Source: an uncultured Candidatus Poseidoniales archaeon
GTDB lineage: Archaea; Thermoplasmatota; Poseidoniia; Poseidoniales; Poseidoniaceae
Reading direction: 5' to 3'
DNA length: 64,000 bases
Assembly: GCA_964613395.1 (NCBI GenBank)
Contig: CAZTGO010000006.1
Location: 3,764-67,763 of the forward strand
Numbering within the stretch: the first letter of the stretch is position 1; each line of letters begins with the position of its first letter. This document shows, one piece after another, positions 1-9,279 of this stretch. A program made the translations under genes and the position numbers. The notes under the pieces were generated by a model. That model ran no database searches, had not been told where the DNA came from, and was given only the letters and a program-made list of their open reading frames with translations.

Positions 1-2
1 CT

Positions 3-830
3 GAATTTGATGCTTCAAAAGTAACAAACTGGCTTTCTTTTCCTGCCTGCCTCTGCGCTACAGGCACTCGGTCATTCTTTGTTGAGGCCATCAAAAGAAG
101 GGCATTCAACGTCATCTCCACAACATGTGGAACCTTGGACCACGACATCGCTCGCGCGTACAAGGACTACTATCATGGATCATTTGATTTGGATGACCGT
201 ATTCTTGGTGAATTTGAACTAATGCGACTCGGTAATGTGGTCGTCCCTAATGCATCGTATGGCGAAATACTTGAAACAGTTCTCCAACCAGTGCTCGAAG
301 ACATTTATACCGATCGTTTGAAAGAAACTGGGAAGACAGGCGCAGATGCATGGATTGGATTTGGTAGCATCCACTTGGTTTGGGAAATAGGCAAACGTAT
401 TGGAACCAAAGACTCAATTGTTTACTGGGCAGCAGAAAACAAGATACCAGTGTGCATTCCTGGCATTACCGACGGTTCAATTGGTGCACAGTTGTTTATG
501 TTCCGCCAAAAACACCGTGATTTCCATATCGATACACTCGCTGATGAACAAGTTCTAAGTGACCTAACATGGGATGTTGAAGCTTCACACGCACTCATGG
601 TAGGAGGTGGAATTTCAAAACATCATGTGATTTGGTGGAATCAATATCGTGGAGGATTAGACAGTGCGGTGTATATCACCACTGCACCAGAGCACGACGG
701 TAGTCTTTCAGGAGCGAGACTTCGAGAAGCTATCTCTTGGGGAAAAATGAGACCTGAAGCACCTCATGTCTGTGTAGAAGGAGATGCCAGTTTGCTTTTA
801 CCGTTGTTAGGTGCATCAATTTTCAATTGA
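3..830 (+). CDS. dys: Deoxyhypusine synthase (5' truncated by window edge)
   Basis: Frame is open from nt 3 (EFDASKVTNWLSFPACLCATGTRSFF...TTCGTLDHD). Motifs GGGISKHH, DGSLSGA and EAISWGK (active-site Lys) are present. Confidence 0.95.
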   Translation, partial: EFDASKVTNWLSFPACLCATGTRSFFVEAIKRRAFNVISTTCGTLDHDIARAYKDYYHGSFDLDDRILGEFELMRLGNVVVPNASYGEILETVLQPVLEDIYTDRLKETGKTGADAWIGFGSIHLVWEIGKRIGTKDSIVYWAAENKIPVCIPGITDGSIGAQLFMFRQKHRDFHIDTLADEQVLSDLTWDVEASHALMVGGGISKHHVIWWNQYRGGLDSAVYITTAPEHDGSLSGARLREAISWGKMRPEAPHVCVEGDASLLLPLLGASIFN

Positions 831-832
831 AA

Positions 833-1669
833 TTACAACTTTTCAATTGAGGCTATGACTTCCATCAGCATCGTTCGCAATGGCACATACGGCCTCCAAC
901 CATCAGCTCGTACATTGAGAAGTAAGGAATGAAGCGGTTGCAGATTTGGTCGTGAATGCATTGAACCTGTGTAAGGCTGGATTCGAATAGGGATCTCGGT
1001 GATCAACAAATCTTCTGATTGAAATTGCCCACTTTGTCCTTGCTTCCATCGGTGATAAAGTGACTTGAATTCGCAATAAGTCTGTTCCATTGTCCATCCA
1101 CGACGACCACACACCGAAATGTGTTGAGGAAGTTGTTCGACTCCGAGCCCAATACAACTCACAATCGCATCGGATGCATCTCTGGGACTTAACCAATATC
1201 TCGCTCTATCATCCATTTTTCGAAAGTCATCACTCGCCCATGAGAGTATATCCCGTGACAATTCTGAGTTCTTGTCGAACATTAACAGATCCTTGATTGA
1301 GAAATGGACAGCACTTTCATGCAAATTTTCAATTGGATTTTCTGTATTAATGAGGTACACTTGAGTGCAATCATGAGCAATATCGACTTCATTTGCCATG
1401 ACAATAGAACTGTCGCATTTGGATGGAGATTTAACCAGATTCACATTATCTAAAGAGTAACCAAAAGACCGCCACTCTCGATCTTCAATGAAGTGGTCGA
1501 CATCATCACAGGTTGATACAGCATAGTTTGGTTTGTGCAATAGGCGCTCAAGGATAGAAAAGAACAGAGGTACCGGTATTCTTGGTGAGAGGTAAATATC
1601 CATACCAACAAGATGAACCATCACGAATTGAGATTTGAAAGTACCGAGTGAGTTCGTAAAATTCAACAC
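833..1669 (-). CDS. Hypothetical protein, C-terminus resembles degenerate NAD-dependent epimerase (extended SDR) fold; likely start 1603-1621
   Basis: 278-aa ORF. RYWLSPRDASDAI, VCGRRGW and GWRPYVPLRTMLMEVI echo epimerase C-terminal motifs. No GxxGxxG or YxxxK seen. Confidence 0.6.
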   Translation of the reverse strand: MLNFTNSLGTFKSQFVMVHLVGMDIYLSPRIPVPLFFSILERLLHKPNYAVSTCDDVDHFIEDREWRSFGYSLDNVNLVKSPSKCDSSIVMANEVDIAHDCTQVYLINTENPIENLHESAVHFSIKDLLMFDKNSELSRDILSWASDDFRKMDDRARYWLSPRDASDAIVSCIGLGVEQLPQHISVCGRRGWTMEQTYCEFKSLYHRWKQGQSGQFQSEDLLITEIPIRIQPYTGSMHSRPNLQPLHSLLLNVRADGWRPYVPLRTMLMEVIASIEKL

Positions 1670-1693
1670 GTTGAATTGGATGGTAAAACATTT

Positions 1694-1827
1694 AGTTTCA
1701 ATTGAAAATCACATCAAATTTAATTTTAGTAAAGAGAGATTTCTTACTGAAATTTGAAAAATTATGCGACATAAACCATCGAATTAGAATTTGAGTTTCA
1801 ATTGAAATTCAATAAATTATGCGACAT
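1694..1827. repeat. Two pairs of direct repeats in an AT-rich intergenic region
   Basis: AGTTTCAATTGAAA at 1694-1707 and 1794-1807. AAATTATGCGACAT at 1759-1772 and 1814-1827. Confidence 0.85.
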
Positions 1828-1900
1828 TTACAATTGGAAATTGTGTTATTTTAATCGAATATATTATATGATGTCTATAGAGAGGAGTAGAATAAGCCAA

Positions 1901-2503
1901 ATGGCCGGAGATGGGAAAATGAAGAAAGAAGAATACAACATCCAGGAGCTTCTCCAGCGAGATGTGTATGTGAACGATGTGAAAGTCGGGACGATTGTTG
2001 GCGAACGCCACCACCCGAACGTCACCAGAGTTCAATCCATGCGCATTCGTGTTGAAGCGGATATACAAGATGAATACATGAGAAAACCTGCAGATCTTGC
2101 ACCACTACCAAAAGAGTTGGTGCACAGTATCAGAAATGACGGAGCTGTTAAGCTCACGAAATCGATGCGTGAACTGCAGCGAAGATGGAGAAACACCGTT
2201 CGTATTGACGAAAAACTGTACGCACCAGATGAGATGCTTGACAAAGCAGTCCTCGACAACCAAGGCGATGAGATCGGCGTCATTGTTGAACTCCACAAGA
2301 AAAAGCGCACGTACACTGGTGTGATTGTGAAAACACGGATGACGGTTCAGTTACAATATGGTATTGATGAGTTTATTCGAATCCCCATAGGAGCTATCGC
2401 AAGAACAAGAGAATCACTCGACGAAGTCGTATTGTCAAGAACATTCGATAAAGTGATGCAACTCCCTACATACATCAAAATAAATAGCGATGAAGAAGAG
2501 TGA
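1901..2503 (+). CDS. Tandem PRC-barrel domain protein
   Basis: Two PRC-like starts (IQELLQRDVYVNDVKVGTIVG; PDEMLDKAVLDNQGDEIGVIVEL), each followed by a 'IP...I...D.V.L'-type end. GAGGAG lies upstream of ATG 1901 and a TATA-like run at 1861-1868. Confidence 0.7.
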   Translation: MAGDGKMKKEEYNIQELLQRDVYVNDVKVGTIVGERHHPNVTRVQSMRIRVEADIQDEYMRKPADLAPLPKELVHSIRNDGAVKLTKSMRELQRRWRNTVRIDEKLYAPDEMLDKAVLDNQGDEIGVIVELHKKKRTYTGVIVKTRMTVQLQYGIDEFIRIPIGAIARTRESLDEVVLSRTFDKVMQLPTYIKINSDEEE

Positions 2504-2555
2504 GTTATTCCGTCATTCTTATGACGGAGATGCTCGCCGCACGGATTACTGCTCT

Positions 2556-2632
2556 GCGCGGGTAGCTTAGTCGGTTGGAGCACCCGGCTGATAACCGGGA
2601 GGTCGCAGGTTCGAGTCCTGCCTCGCGCACCA
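2556..2632 (+). tRNA. tRNA-Ile(GAT), CCA encoded
   Basis: Acceptor GCGCGGG/CTCGCGC, anticodon arm CCCGG-CTGATAA-CCGGG, T arm GCAGG-TTCGAGT-CCTGC, then A-CCA. Confidence 0.97.
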
Positions 2633-2686
2633 CCTTCGCAAAGAAGATGTATCCAATTCGCCTCGGATGACTCAAGGGGCGTTCAA

Positions 2687-3631
2687 GTGGTCGTTGTTTC
2701 AAGCACTTCGATGAAAAACATCGCTGTTCAACTTGCGGATGAACTTGGGTGTGCTCACGTCACCATTGAAACAAGGCGATTTCCCGATACAGAAGGATAC
2801 ATTCGTGTCGGAACTGATGACATTGAATCTATTCGAAATGAACGAGTCATTGTGGTTTCAAACACATTCCCTGACTCAGGCATTGTTGAGACATTGTTGA
2901 TTCTTGACTGCATCGAAGACTTGCGAAATGGCGACTTGTCGAATTACAACAACATTGAACCCCAAATATTGCCGAAGGTGGATGAACAAATTTTGCTTGC
3001 CATTCCTTACTTTGGTTACTCACGGCAAGATAAAAGGTTCAAACCTGGTGAAGTGATTTCCGCACGGGCAATAGGGAAGTTGCTTTCGAGCAAGTGTGAT
3101 GGTATCATTTGCCTCGATATACATGCACCAAAAGTTCTCGAAGACTTGAACTTCCCAATCGCATTCACAACCGCCATGCCTGAACTGGCAGAGCACTTGA
3201 CGACACATGTTCAACCGGACTTCATTCTGTCGCCCGACAAAGGTGCCATCGACAGAGCTTCAATGGTTGCTGACATCATGGGTTGTGAATTTTCCTACTT
3301 GGAAAAGGTGAGAATTGATGCTAGAACAATTAGGCACGAAGCCAAGGATCTCAATGTCGTTGGCAAAAAAGTTGTCATTGTTGATGACATGATTGCAACC
3401 GGTGGAACAATTTGCCGTGCTGCAGAAGCACTTAGAGAACAAGGTGCAACCGAAGTTCACGCCGCTTGTTCTCATGGCCTTTTTACCGGTGGGGCAATCC
3501 CTAGACTGTTGCGCTATGTCGACGATGTTCATGCAACAGGAAGTCTCGACAACGCCCGAGATGTCATTCCATGCGGCAAGGCTTTGGCGAGAGGCGTACG
3601 GGAACTTGAACAACGGCTAGGATGGTCATGA
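2687..3631 (+). CDS. prs: Ribose-phosphate pyrophosphokinase
   Basis: RRFPDTE, IPYFGYSRQDKRFKPGEVISA, SPDKGA, VVIVDDMIATGGT (PRPP-binding), HAACSHG. Confidence 0.95.
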   Translation: MVVVSSTSMKNIAVQLADELGCAHVTIETRRFPDTEGYIRVGTDDIESIRNERVIVVSNTFPDSGIVETLLILDCIEDLRNGDLSNYNNIEPQILPKVDEQILLAIPYFGYSRQDKRFKPGEVISARAIGKLLSSKCDGIICLDIHAPKVLEDLNFPIAFTTAMPELAEHLTTHVQPDFILSPDKGAIDRASMVADIMGCEFSYLEKVRIDARTIRHEAKDLNVVGKKVVIVDDMIATGGTICRAAEALREQGATEVHAACSHGLFTGGAIPRLLRYVDDVHATGSLDNARDVIPCGKALARGVRELEQRLGWS

Positions 3632-3710
3632 AAATTCTAGAATTGCCATTCAGTGTACCGAATCAATATGAATTTGCCTTGAAATCACGCTCTTGAATCA
3701 CTCCGTAGGC

Positions 3711-3760
3711 CTTATATGGTGGTGGTTCAGCCGCAAGTTGCTCTTAACAGGAGGAAGGTG
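3711..3760 (+). promoter_or_regulatory. TATA box and Shine-Dalgarno of the rpl7ae-rps28e-rpl24e operon
   Basis: CTTATATG at 3711-3718. GGAGGAAGGTG at 3750-3760, 7 nt before ATG 3768. Confidence 0.6.
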
Positions 3761-3767
3761 AATTCCA

Positions 3768-4142
3768 ATGAGTGTACATGTGAGATATGAAACCCCAGAA
3801 AGTCTATCAGAAAAAATCTACGAAATGATTCAAGTCAACTCTAACGACGGTCGAATCAAGAAAGGAAGTAACGAGGTTACAAAAGCCGCTGAGCGAGGAA
3901 CTGCACAGTTTATCGTACTGGCTGAAGACGTCAACCCACCTGAACTTCTTGCACACATTCCATACATTTGCGAAGAAAAAGGCATCCCATACGGATATGT
4001 GCCCAACCAAGAATTCCTTGCAAAAGAAGCTGGACTACCTAAAGGTGTTCAGACTGCTTCAATTGCTATTATCGAAATGAATCGAGAGGCAAGCGAGAAA
4101 ATGACCGAAATCGTTGATGAAATCAACACGATCAAGAACTGA
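3768..4142 (+). CDS. rpl7ae: 50S ribosomal protein L7Ae
   Basis: IKKGSNEVTKAAERG, LAEDVNPPELLAHIPYICEEKGIPY. First gene of the canonical L7Ae-S28e-L24e-ndk-infB cluster. Confidence 0.97.
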   Translation: MSVHVRYETPESLSEKIYEMIQVNSNDGRIKKGSNEVTKAAERGTAQFIVLAEDVNPPELLAHIPYICEEKGIPYGYVPNQEFLAKEAGLPKGVQTASIAIIEMNREASEKMTEIVDEINTIKN

Positions 4143-4155
4143 ATGGTGAATTCAA

Positions 4156-4386
4156 ATGTCTGACGAACAAACTGTAGACAGTTGGCCAGCAGAGGTCGTC
4201 GAAATCGTTGGTAGGACAGGTATGACCGGCGAAGCAACCCAAGTCAAAGTCCGAGTCAACGAAGCACCAAATCCTCGAGATGTCGGACGAATTATCAGCA
4301 GAAACGTCGTTGGACCAATTCGTGTCGGTGACATTCTCATGCTCAAGGATACAGGTCGAGAAGCACGCAAACTTAATGCTCGTTGA
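4156..4386 (+). CDS. rps28e: 30S ribosomal protein S28e
   Basis: [23 protein letters not shown]...[15 protein letters not shown]. Confidence 0.97.
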   Translation: MSDEQTVDSWPAEVVEIVGRTGMTGEATQVKVRVNEAPNPRDVGRIISRNVVGPIRVGDILMLKDTGREARKLNAR

Positions 4387-4397
4387 GAGGTGAAAAA

Positions 4398-4589
4398 ATG
4401 GTTGAACGCAGAATCTGCTCATTCTCAGGCGATGAAATTGAACCCGGTACCGGCATGATGTATGTCAAAAAAGACGGTAGCGTCCTTTGGTTCAAGAACA
4501 GCAAGGCTCGTAAGAACATGATGCAACTTCGACGAAATGCCCGTAAAGTCAAGTGGACAAGGCATTATGTCAAAGGCGGAATTAAGTGA
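4398..4589 (+). CDS. rpl24e: 50S ribosomal protein L24e
   Basis: CSFSGDEIEPGTGMMYVKKDGSVLWF...KVKWT. ATG 4398 follows GAGGTGA. Confidence 0.95.
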   Translation: MVERRICSFSGDEIEPGTGMMYVKKDGSVLWFKNSKARKNMMQLRRNARKVKWTRHYVKGGIK

Positions 4590-4663
4590 TTCCATCCAAA
4601 TTGTTTCATCCCTAAGCCGTATTGCTCATAAACAGGACATTCGTCGAAGGAACAGGTGAGAAC

Positions 4664-5113
4664 ATGGAAACTACGTATGTAATGGTAAAACCAGATGGGG
4701 TACAAAGAGGGCTAGTCGGTGAAATTCTTCAACGATTTGAACGCAAAGGATTGAAACTTGTTGGACTGAAGTCAATGGTACCAAGTGAAGAAATTGCTAT
4801 GAAGCATTACGAAGTTCACGCAGAGCGACCATTCTTCCCTGGCCTTATCCGATTTGTGACCTCCGGTCCAGTTGTTTGTATGGCATGGCAAGGACGAGAT
4901 GCGATTAGTGTTGCAAGAAACCTCATTGGTCCGACCAATGGAAGAGAAGCAGCACCCGGAACAATCCGAGGGGATTTTGGAATGGATATCGGTTACAATA
5001 TGATTCACGGCTCAGATGCACCTGAAACAGCAGAATTTGAATTATCACTTTGGTTCCCTGAAGGCCTCATGGAATGGCAAAACACCATGGGTACATGGGT
5101 TTATGAAGGGTGA
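4664..5113 (+). CDS. ndk: Nucleoside diphosphate kinase
   Basis: [33 protein letters not shown] (catalytic His). ATG 4664 follows AGGTGA. Confidence 0.97.
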   Translation: METTYVMVKPDGVQRGLVGEILQRFERKGLKLVGLKSMVPSEEIAMKHYEVHAERPFFPGLIRFVTSGPVVCMAWQGRDAISVARNLIGPTNGREAAPGTIRGDFGMDIGYNMIHGSDAPETAEFELSLWFPEGLMEWQNTMGTWVYEG

Positions 5114-7065
5114 ACCCAGACTCCTTCAAGGAGTGTGGAGATATGACAGGAGAACAACAACATCCATCAGACGATGGTGATGTTGAACAAAAAGGATACA
5201 ATCGTCAACCGATTGTTTCTGTTCTTGGTCATGTTGATCACGGCAAAACAAGTGTGCTCGATTTGGTTCGCTCGATTGGAGCAGATCGTCAAGCAAGCGT
5301 GATGAACAGAGAAGCGGGTGGAATTACGCAACACATCGGTGCTACAGAAGTGCCCGCCGATGTGCTCAACGAGACATGCAATGAAATGATGAGAGGAAGG
5401 AAGTTCAAATCACCCGGTCTCTTATTTATCGACACACCCGGTCACCATTCATTTATCTCCCTAAGAAACAGGGGCGGCTCTGTGGCTGATATCGCCATTC
5501 TTGTCATCGACATCATGTCGGGCTTGCAACCTCAAACCATTGAATCACTCAACATATTACGGAGCTCAAAAACACCTTTCGTTATTGCTCTCAATAAGGT
5601 CGATCGAATTCATGGTTGGAATACAGAATCTGGTCGATCATTTATTGCATCACTACAAGCTCAAAACCAAACTGCTGTGGACTTGTTTGAAGAAAAATAT
5701 TGGACGTTCTTAGGCTTACTTTCCGAACACGGATTTAACGCTGAACGTTATGACCAAATCAAAGACTTCCGAAACAATGTAGCCCTAGTACCCATGTCTG
5801 CCAAGGACGGAGAGGGATTACAAGATTTACTCACGGTGACTGTTGGCCTCGCTGAGCGATTTTTAGAAGCACGATTAACAGATACACTAGGCCCATCTGA
5901 AGCAACGGTTTTGGAGATGAGAGAAGAAGTTGGTATGGGCAAAACGATCGATGTCATCCTCTACAGAGGTTCCCTCCGAGTGGGTGATCGTATTCTCCTC
6001 GCTGGAGAAGATGGCCCTTTCTTGACACATATCAAAGGTCTAAAACGACCAAAGGGCATGTCTGAAATGCGTGATGCTGGTAAACGATGGGTGGATGTTG
6101 ATGAAGTCCAAGCTGCATCAGGAGTCAAAATCGTTGCACCCGAATTAGAACGCACCATTGCTGGAACAACGCTCCATATCGCAAACACGAAGGAAGAAGA
6201 GCATCATGCTCGAGATCTGCTCTCTCAAGAATGGCGAGATATTTTCGACAAAGTGCCATTGATGTGTCAATCATGTAAATCAATATTTCAACGTAAAGAG
6301 TTCAGCGAACATACATCAGCTGGTGATTGTAAAGGAGCGGTAGAGGAAAAGGATGGCGTGGTCATAAAAGCAGACACCGTGGGAGGACTTGAGGCAATGG
6401 CACATGAATTGCTCAAACTCAAGATACCCGTCAGGCAAGCAACTGTCGGAGTGGTGAACAAGAAGGATATTTTCATGGCACAATCCGCCTCGAATCCTCT
6501 CAACAAGGTTATTCTTGGATTTTCAACAAAGGCGAATGCTGAGGCTGAAAAGCTCATCGATGCAGCAGAAGATGTTCACTACATTCACGGGCCAATCATC
6601 TATCATATCCTTGAACAATATGAAGAATGGAGAGATTCGACACAAAGCAAACTTGAGGCTGAACAACGTGAAAATTTGGTTTATCCAGGTAAACTCCTGT
6701 ATCTTGAAAACCATACCTTTCGCCAAAAGAACCCTGCAATTATTGGCGTTCGAGTTTTAGGTGGTCGAGTCCATGTCGGTCAAAAATTAATGAAACTTGA
6801 CGGAACACAGGTCGGCCAAATTCGCAGCCTTCGAACACGAGATTCAGACGATGTAAAGGAAGCACGTCAAGGTGATGAGGTTGCATTAGCACTGCATGGA
6901 CCAACTGTAGGAAGACAAATCAATGAATTAGACGAGTTCTTTGTTGATATCCCGGAACGACATGCATCTCGATTACGAAAAATCGACCTCACCCCTCAGG
7001 AAGAAGAAATTCTTGAGGAGATCACAAAATTACATCGGAAAAGTGACCATTATTGGGGCAGATAG
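5110..7065 (+). CDS. infB: Translation initiation factor aIF5B (IF-2) with Cys/His insertion
   Basis: [47 protein letters not shown]. Confidence 0.97.
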   Translation: MNPDSFKECGDMTGEQQHPSDDGDVEQKGYNRQPIVSVLGHVDHGKTSVLDLVRSIGADRQASVMNREAGGITQHIGATEVPADVLNETCNEMMRGRKFKSPGLLFIDTPGHHSFISLRNRGGSVADIAILVIDIMSGLQPQTIESLNILRSSKTPFVIALNKVDRIHGWNTESGRSFIASLQAQNQTAVDLFEEKYWTFLGLLSEHGFNAERYDQIKDFRNNVALVPMSAKDGEGLQDLLTVTVGLAERFLEARLTDTLGPSEATVLEMREEVGMGKTIDVILYRGSLRVGDRILLAGEDGPFLTHIKGLKRPKGMSEMRDAGKRWVDVDEVQAASGVKIVAPELERTIAGTTLHIANTKEEEHHARDLLSQEWRDIFDKVPLMCQSCKSIFQRKEFSEHTSAGDCKGAVEEKDGVVIKADTVGGLEAMAHELLKLKIPVRQATVGVVNKKDIFMAQSASNPLNKVILGFSTKANAEAEKLIDAAEDVHYIHGPIIYHILEQYEEWRDSTQSKLEAEQRENLVYPGKLLYLENHTFRQKNPAIIGVRVLGGRVHVGQKLMKLDGTQVGQIRSLRTRDSDDVKEARQGDEVALALHGPTVGRQINELDEFFVDIPERHASRLRKIDLTPQEEEILEEITKLHRKSDHYWGR

Positions 7066-7148
7066 TTCAAGATGTTCGCTTGACTTAGTTTGAGCGCACA
7101 TTGATATAAGATAGGTTTGAACAAAGGACGAATAAGGTGGAGTGACAC

Positions 7149-8150
7149 ATGGAAGCAGCATTACAAAATGAAGCAATGCCTGGCCGAACCCAAGACCTCA
7201 TTGCTACAGTATCAGCAATTTCTAACAGTCTGATGAACGAAGTTAGCAAGGTTATCATCGGAAAAAATGAGAACTTGCGACGTGTAACTGTCGGCATTCT
7301 CTCAAATGGAAACATGCTTCTCGAAGACTTTCCTGGTCTCGCAAAAACATTGCTTGCCAACACTTTTGCCCGCTCATTAGGTTGTAAATTCAAGCGTGTT
7401 CAATTCACACCTGACCTGCTCCCTTCCGACATCATGGGGACATACATGTATGACCAAAAATCTGGTGAATTCAAATTGCGTGCAGGCCCTCTATTCTCAA
7501 ACATCCTTCTCGCTGATGAAATCAACCGTGCTCCGCCTAAAACACAGGCTGCCTTGCTTGAAGCCATGGAAGAGAAACAAGTGACGATCGAAGGTATCAC
7601 ACACAAGTTACCTGCTCCTTTCGTCGTTCTTGCGACACAAAACCCGATTGAACAGGAAGGTACATACCCTCTACCAGAGGCACAAATGGACCGATTCCTC
7701 ATGAAGATGAGTATGGGATATCCTGACCGAGCCGAAGAAAAAGCAATTCTTGCACGAAGAAAATTGAGAGGAAAAGACCAACACGATGTTGAACAAGTCA
7801 CATCACCAAAGAAGGTGGTTGCCATGCAAAAAGCGTTAGAAACTGTTCACGTCGACCCTGCAATCCTATCTTACATCGTCGAAATTGTACAGCGAACTCG
7901 TGAAGATCACAGGGTCATCAACGGTGCCTCCCCACGTGCGAGCCAGGCACTCTTCAAGACTGGTCGTGCTGCTGCAGCCATCGCAGGCCGAAATTATGTC
8001 ATTCCCGACGATATCAAAGGTATTGCATTACAAATTATTTCACACAGAATAAACATGAAACCTGAAGCGAAAATTCGAGGAATTACAGGTATGCACATTG
8101 TACGAAAAATCCTCTCGGAAGTTCCTGTTCCAGTGATTCAACCAGCCTGA
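7149..8150 (+). CDS. MoxR-family AAA+ ATPase
   Basis: LLEDFPGLAKT, RVQFTPDLLPSDI, LADEINRAPPKTQAALLEAMEE, ATQNPIEQEGTYPLPEAQMDRF. Confidence 0.95.
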   Translation: MEAALQNEAMPGRTQDLIATVSAISNSLMNEVSKVIIGKNENLRRVTVGILSNGNMLLEDFPGLAKTLLANTFARSLGCKFKRVQFTPDLLPSDIMGTYMYDQKSGEFKLRAGPLFSNILLADEINRAPPKTQAALLEAMEEKQVTIEGITHKLPAPFVVLATQNPIEQEGTYPLPEAQMDRFLMKMSMGYPDRAEEKAILARRKLRGKDQHDVEQVTSPKKVVAMQKALETVHVDPAILSYIVEIVQRTREDHRVINGASPRASQALFKTGRAAAAIAGRNYVIPDDIKGIALQIISHRINMKPEAKIRGITGMHIVRKILSEVPVPVIQPA

Positions 8151-8221
8151 AATCGCAAATTCAAACACTCGGATTCAAAGAGGAGAACCTCTGTCCTTTG
8201 TTTGCTCGGAGTTGTTGAATA

Positions 8222-9181
8222 GTGAACCCTTACAAGATGGTCATTGCTGTCGCAAACCAAAAAGGAGGGTGTGCAAAAACAACAACTGCAGTCAATGTCG
8301 CTGCAGCCTTAGCCAAAGGTTCGAGAAAGCAAGGCTTGCCTCCTGCAAAGGTGCTCCTCATCGATTTAGATCCACAAGGAAATTGTGCAACATCATTTGG
8401 TGTAGAAAAAAAGAAAATCAAAAAAACAGCATATGACCTTCTCACCAATGACTCTGGTGAGGCATTGCCCCTCATGGACGAATACCTTCTCCATCCTGAA
8501 GAACTCACGGCAGCAATGAAAGATGCGTGGAGCATGAGAAATGGTGGAAAAAAAGCACCTGACACAATCAATGCTGGCCATCTCTATCTTTTGCCAAGTG
8601 ACATTCATTTGTCTGGAGCTGAGATCGAACTCTCTCACAAAATAGGACGAGAAACCCGCCTCAAAGAATCACTCCAACCAATCATCGATGACTTTGATTA
8701 CATTATTATTGACACACCTCCTTCTCTCGGCTTGCTGTCTATTAACGCCATGTGTGCTGCGAATTGGGTCTTCGTGCCCGTCCAAGCAGAATACTATGCC
8801 CTTGAAGGTTTCAGTATGCTCATGAACTCCATCAAAATGATTCAACGTAGGATCAATAAAAATTTGAAAATTTTTGGGGTCGTCATGACGATGGTCGACC
8901 CTAGATCGAAACTAAGTCGATTTGTATGCGACCAAGTGAGTACGAAGATGCCGAATAAGGTGTTTAATACAACCATTCGACGATTAGCGAAGGTTGCAGA
9001 AGCACCCTGGAGTGGTGCACCCACTGTCATCTTGAACAAACCTTCCACATCTGGTACCGGTGCTGGAAGTATGGAGTATTGGACGCTGTCAAAAGAAATT
9101 CATAAGCGTGTCAATGAGATTCGTCGAGAATTTGGAATAAATGAAACTTCTCGACTCCGCATGGAACGAAAAATTCGTTGA
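8222..9181 (+). CDS. ParA/Soj-family ATPase
   Basis: VANQKGGCAKTTTAVN, IDLDPQGN, LSGAEIEL, IIDTPPSLG, VPVQAEYYALEG, MVDPR, AEAP. Confidence 0.93.
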   Translation: MNPYKMVIAVANQKGGCAKTTTAVNVAAALAKGSRKQGLPPAKVLLIDLDPQGNCATSFGVEKKKIKKTAYDLLTNDSGEALPLMDEYLLHPEELTAAMKDAWSMRNGGKKAPDTINAGHLYLLPSDIHLSGAEIELSHKIGRETRLKESLQPIIDDFDYIIIDTPPSLGLLSINAMCAANWVFVPVQAEYYALEGFSMLMNSIKMIQRRINKNLKIFGVVMTMVDPRSKLSRFVCDQVSTKMPNKVFNTTIRRLAKVAEAPWSGAPTVILNKPSTSGTGAGSMEYWTLSKEIHKRVNEIRREFGINETSRLRMERKIR

Positions 9182-9228
9182 TGGCGACATATCATTTGTT
9201 GAAAAATCGGTTTTTCCGCTTCCTATTC

Positions 9229-9260
9229 TTCGGTTAGGTTAAGTATAGTAAATGACCGAA
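9229..9260. promoter_or_regulatory. Inverted repeat bracketing a TATA box upstream of the RHH gene (putative operator)
   Basis: TTCGGTTA (9229-9236) and TGACCGAA (9253-9260), a 7/8 match, flank TTAAGTATA. Confidence 0.5.
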
Positions 9261-9279
9261 CTTTCTACGAGGATGAAAA

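Noticed and set aside
1694-1807. GTTTCAAT/ATTGAAA resemble the ends of CRISPR repeats
   Set aside because: Only 13-14 bp are shared, there are two copies 100 bp apart, there is no repeat-spacer periodicity, and no cas genes are present.
3721-3775. K-turn in the rpl7ae leader for autoregulation
   Set aside because: I could not identify convincing tandem G.A pairs by eye; RNA folding would be needed.
7100-7125. ATTGATATAA resembles the left arm of an archaeal dif site
   Set aside because: No complementary TTATATC right arm follows a 6-bp spacer. The position fits the moxR TATA box.
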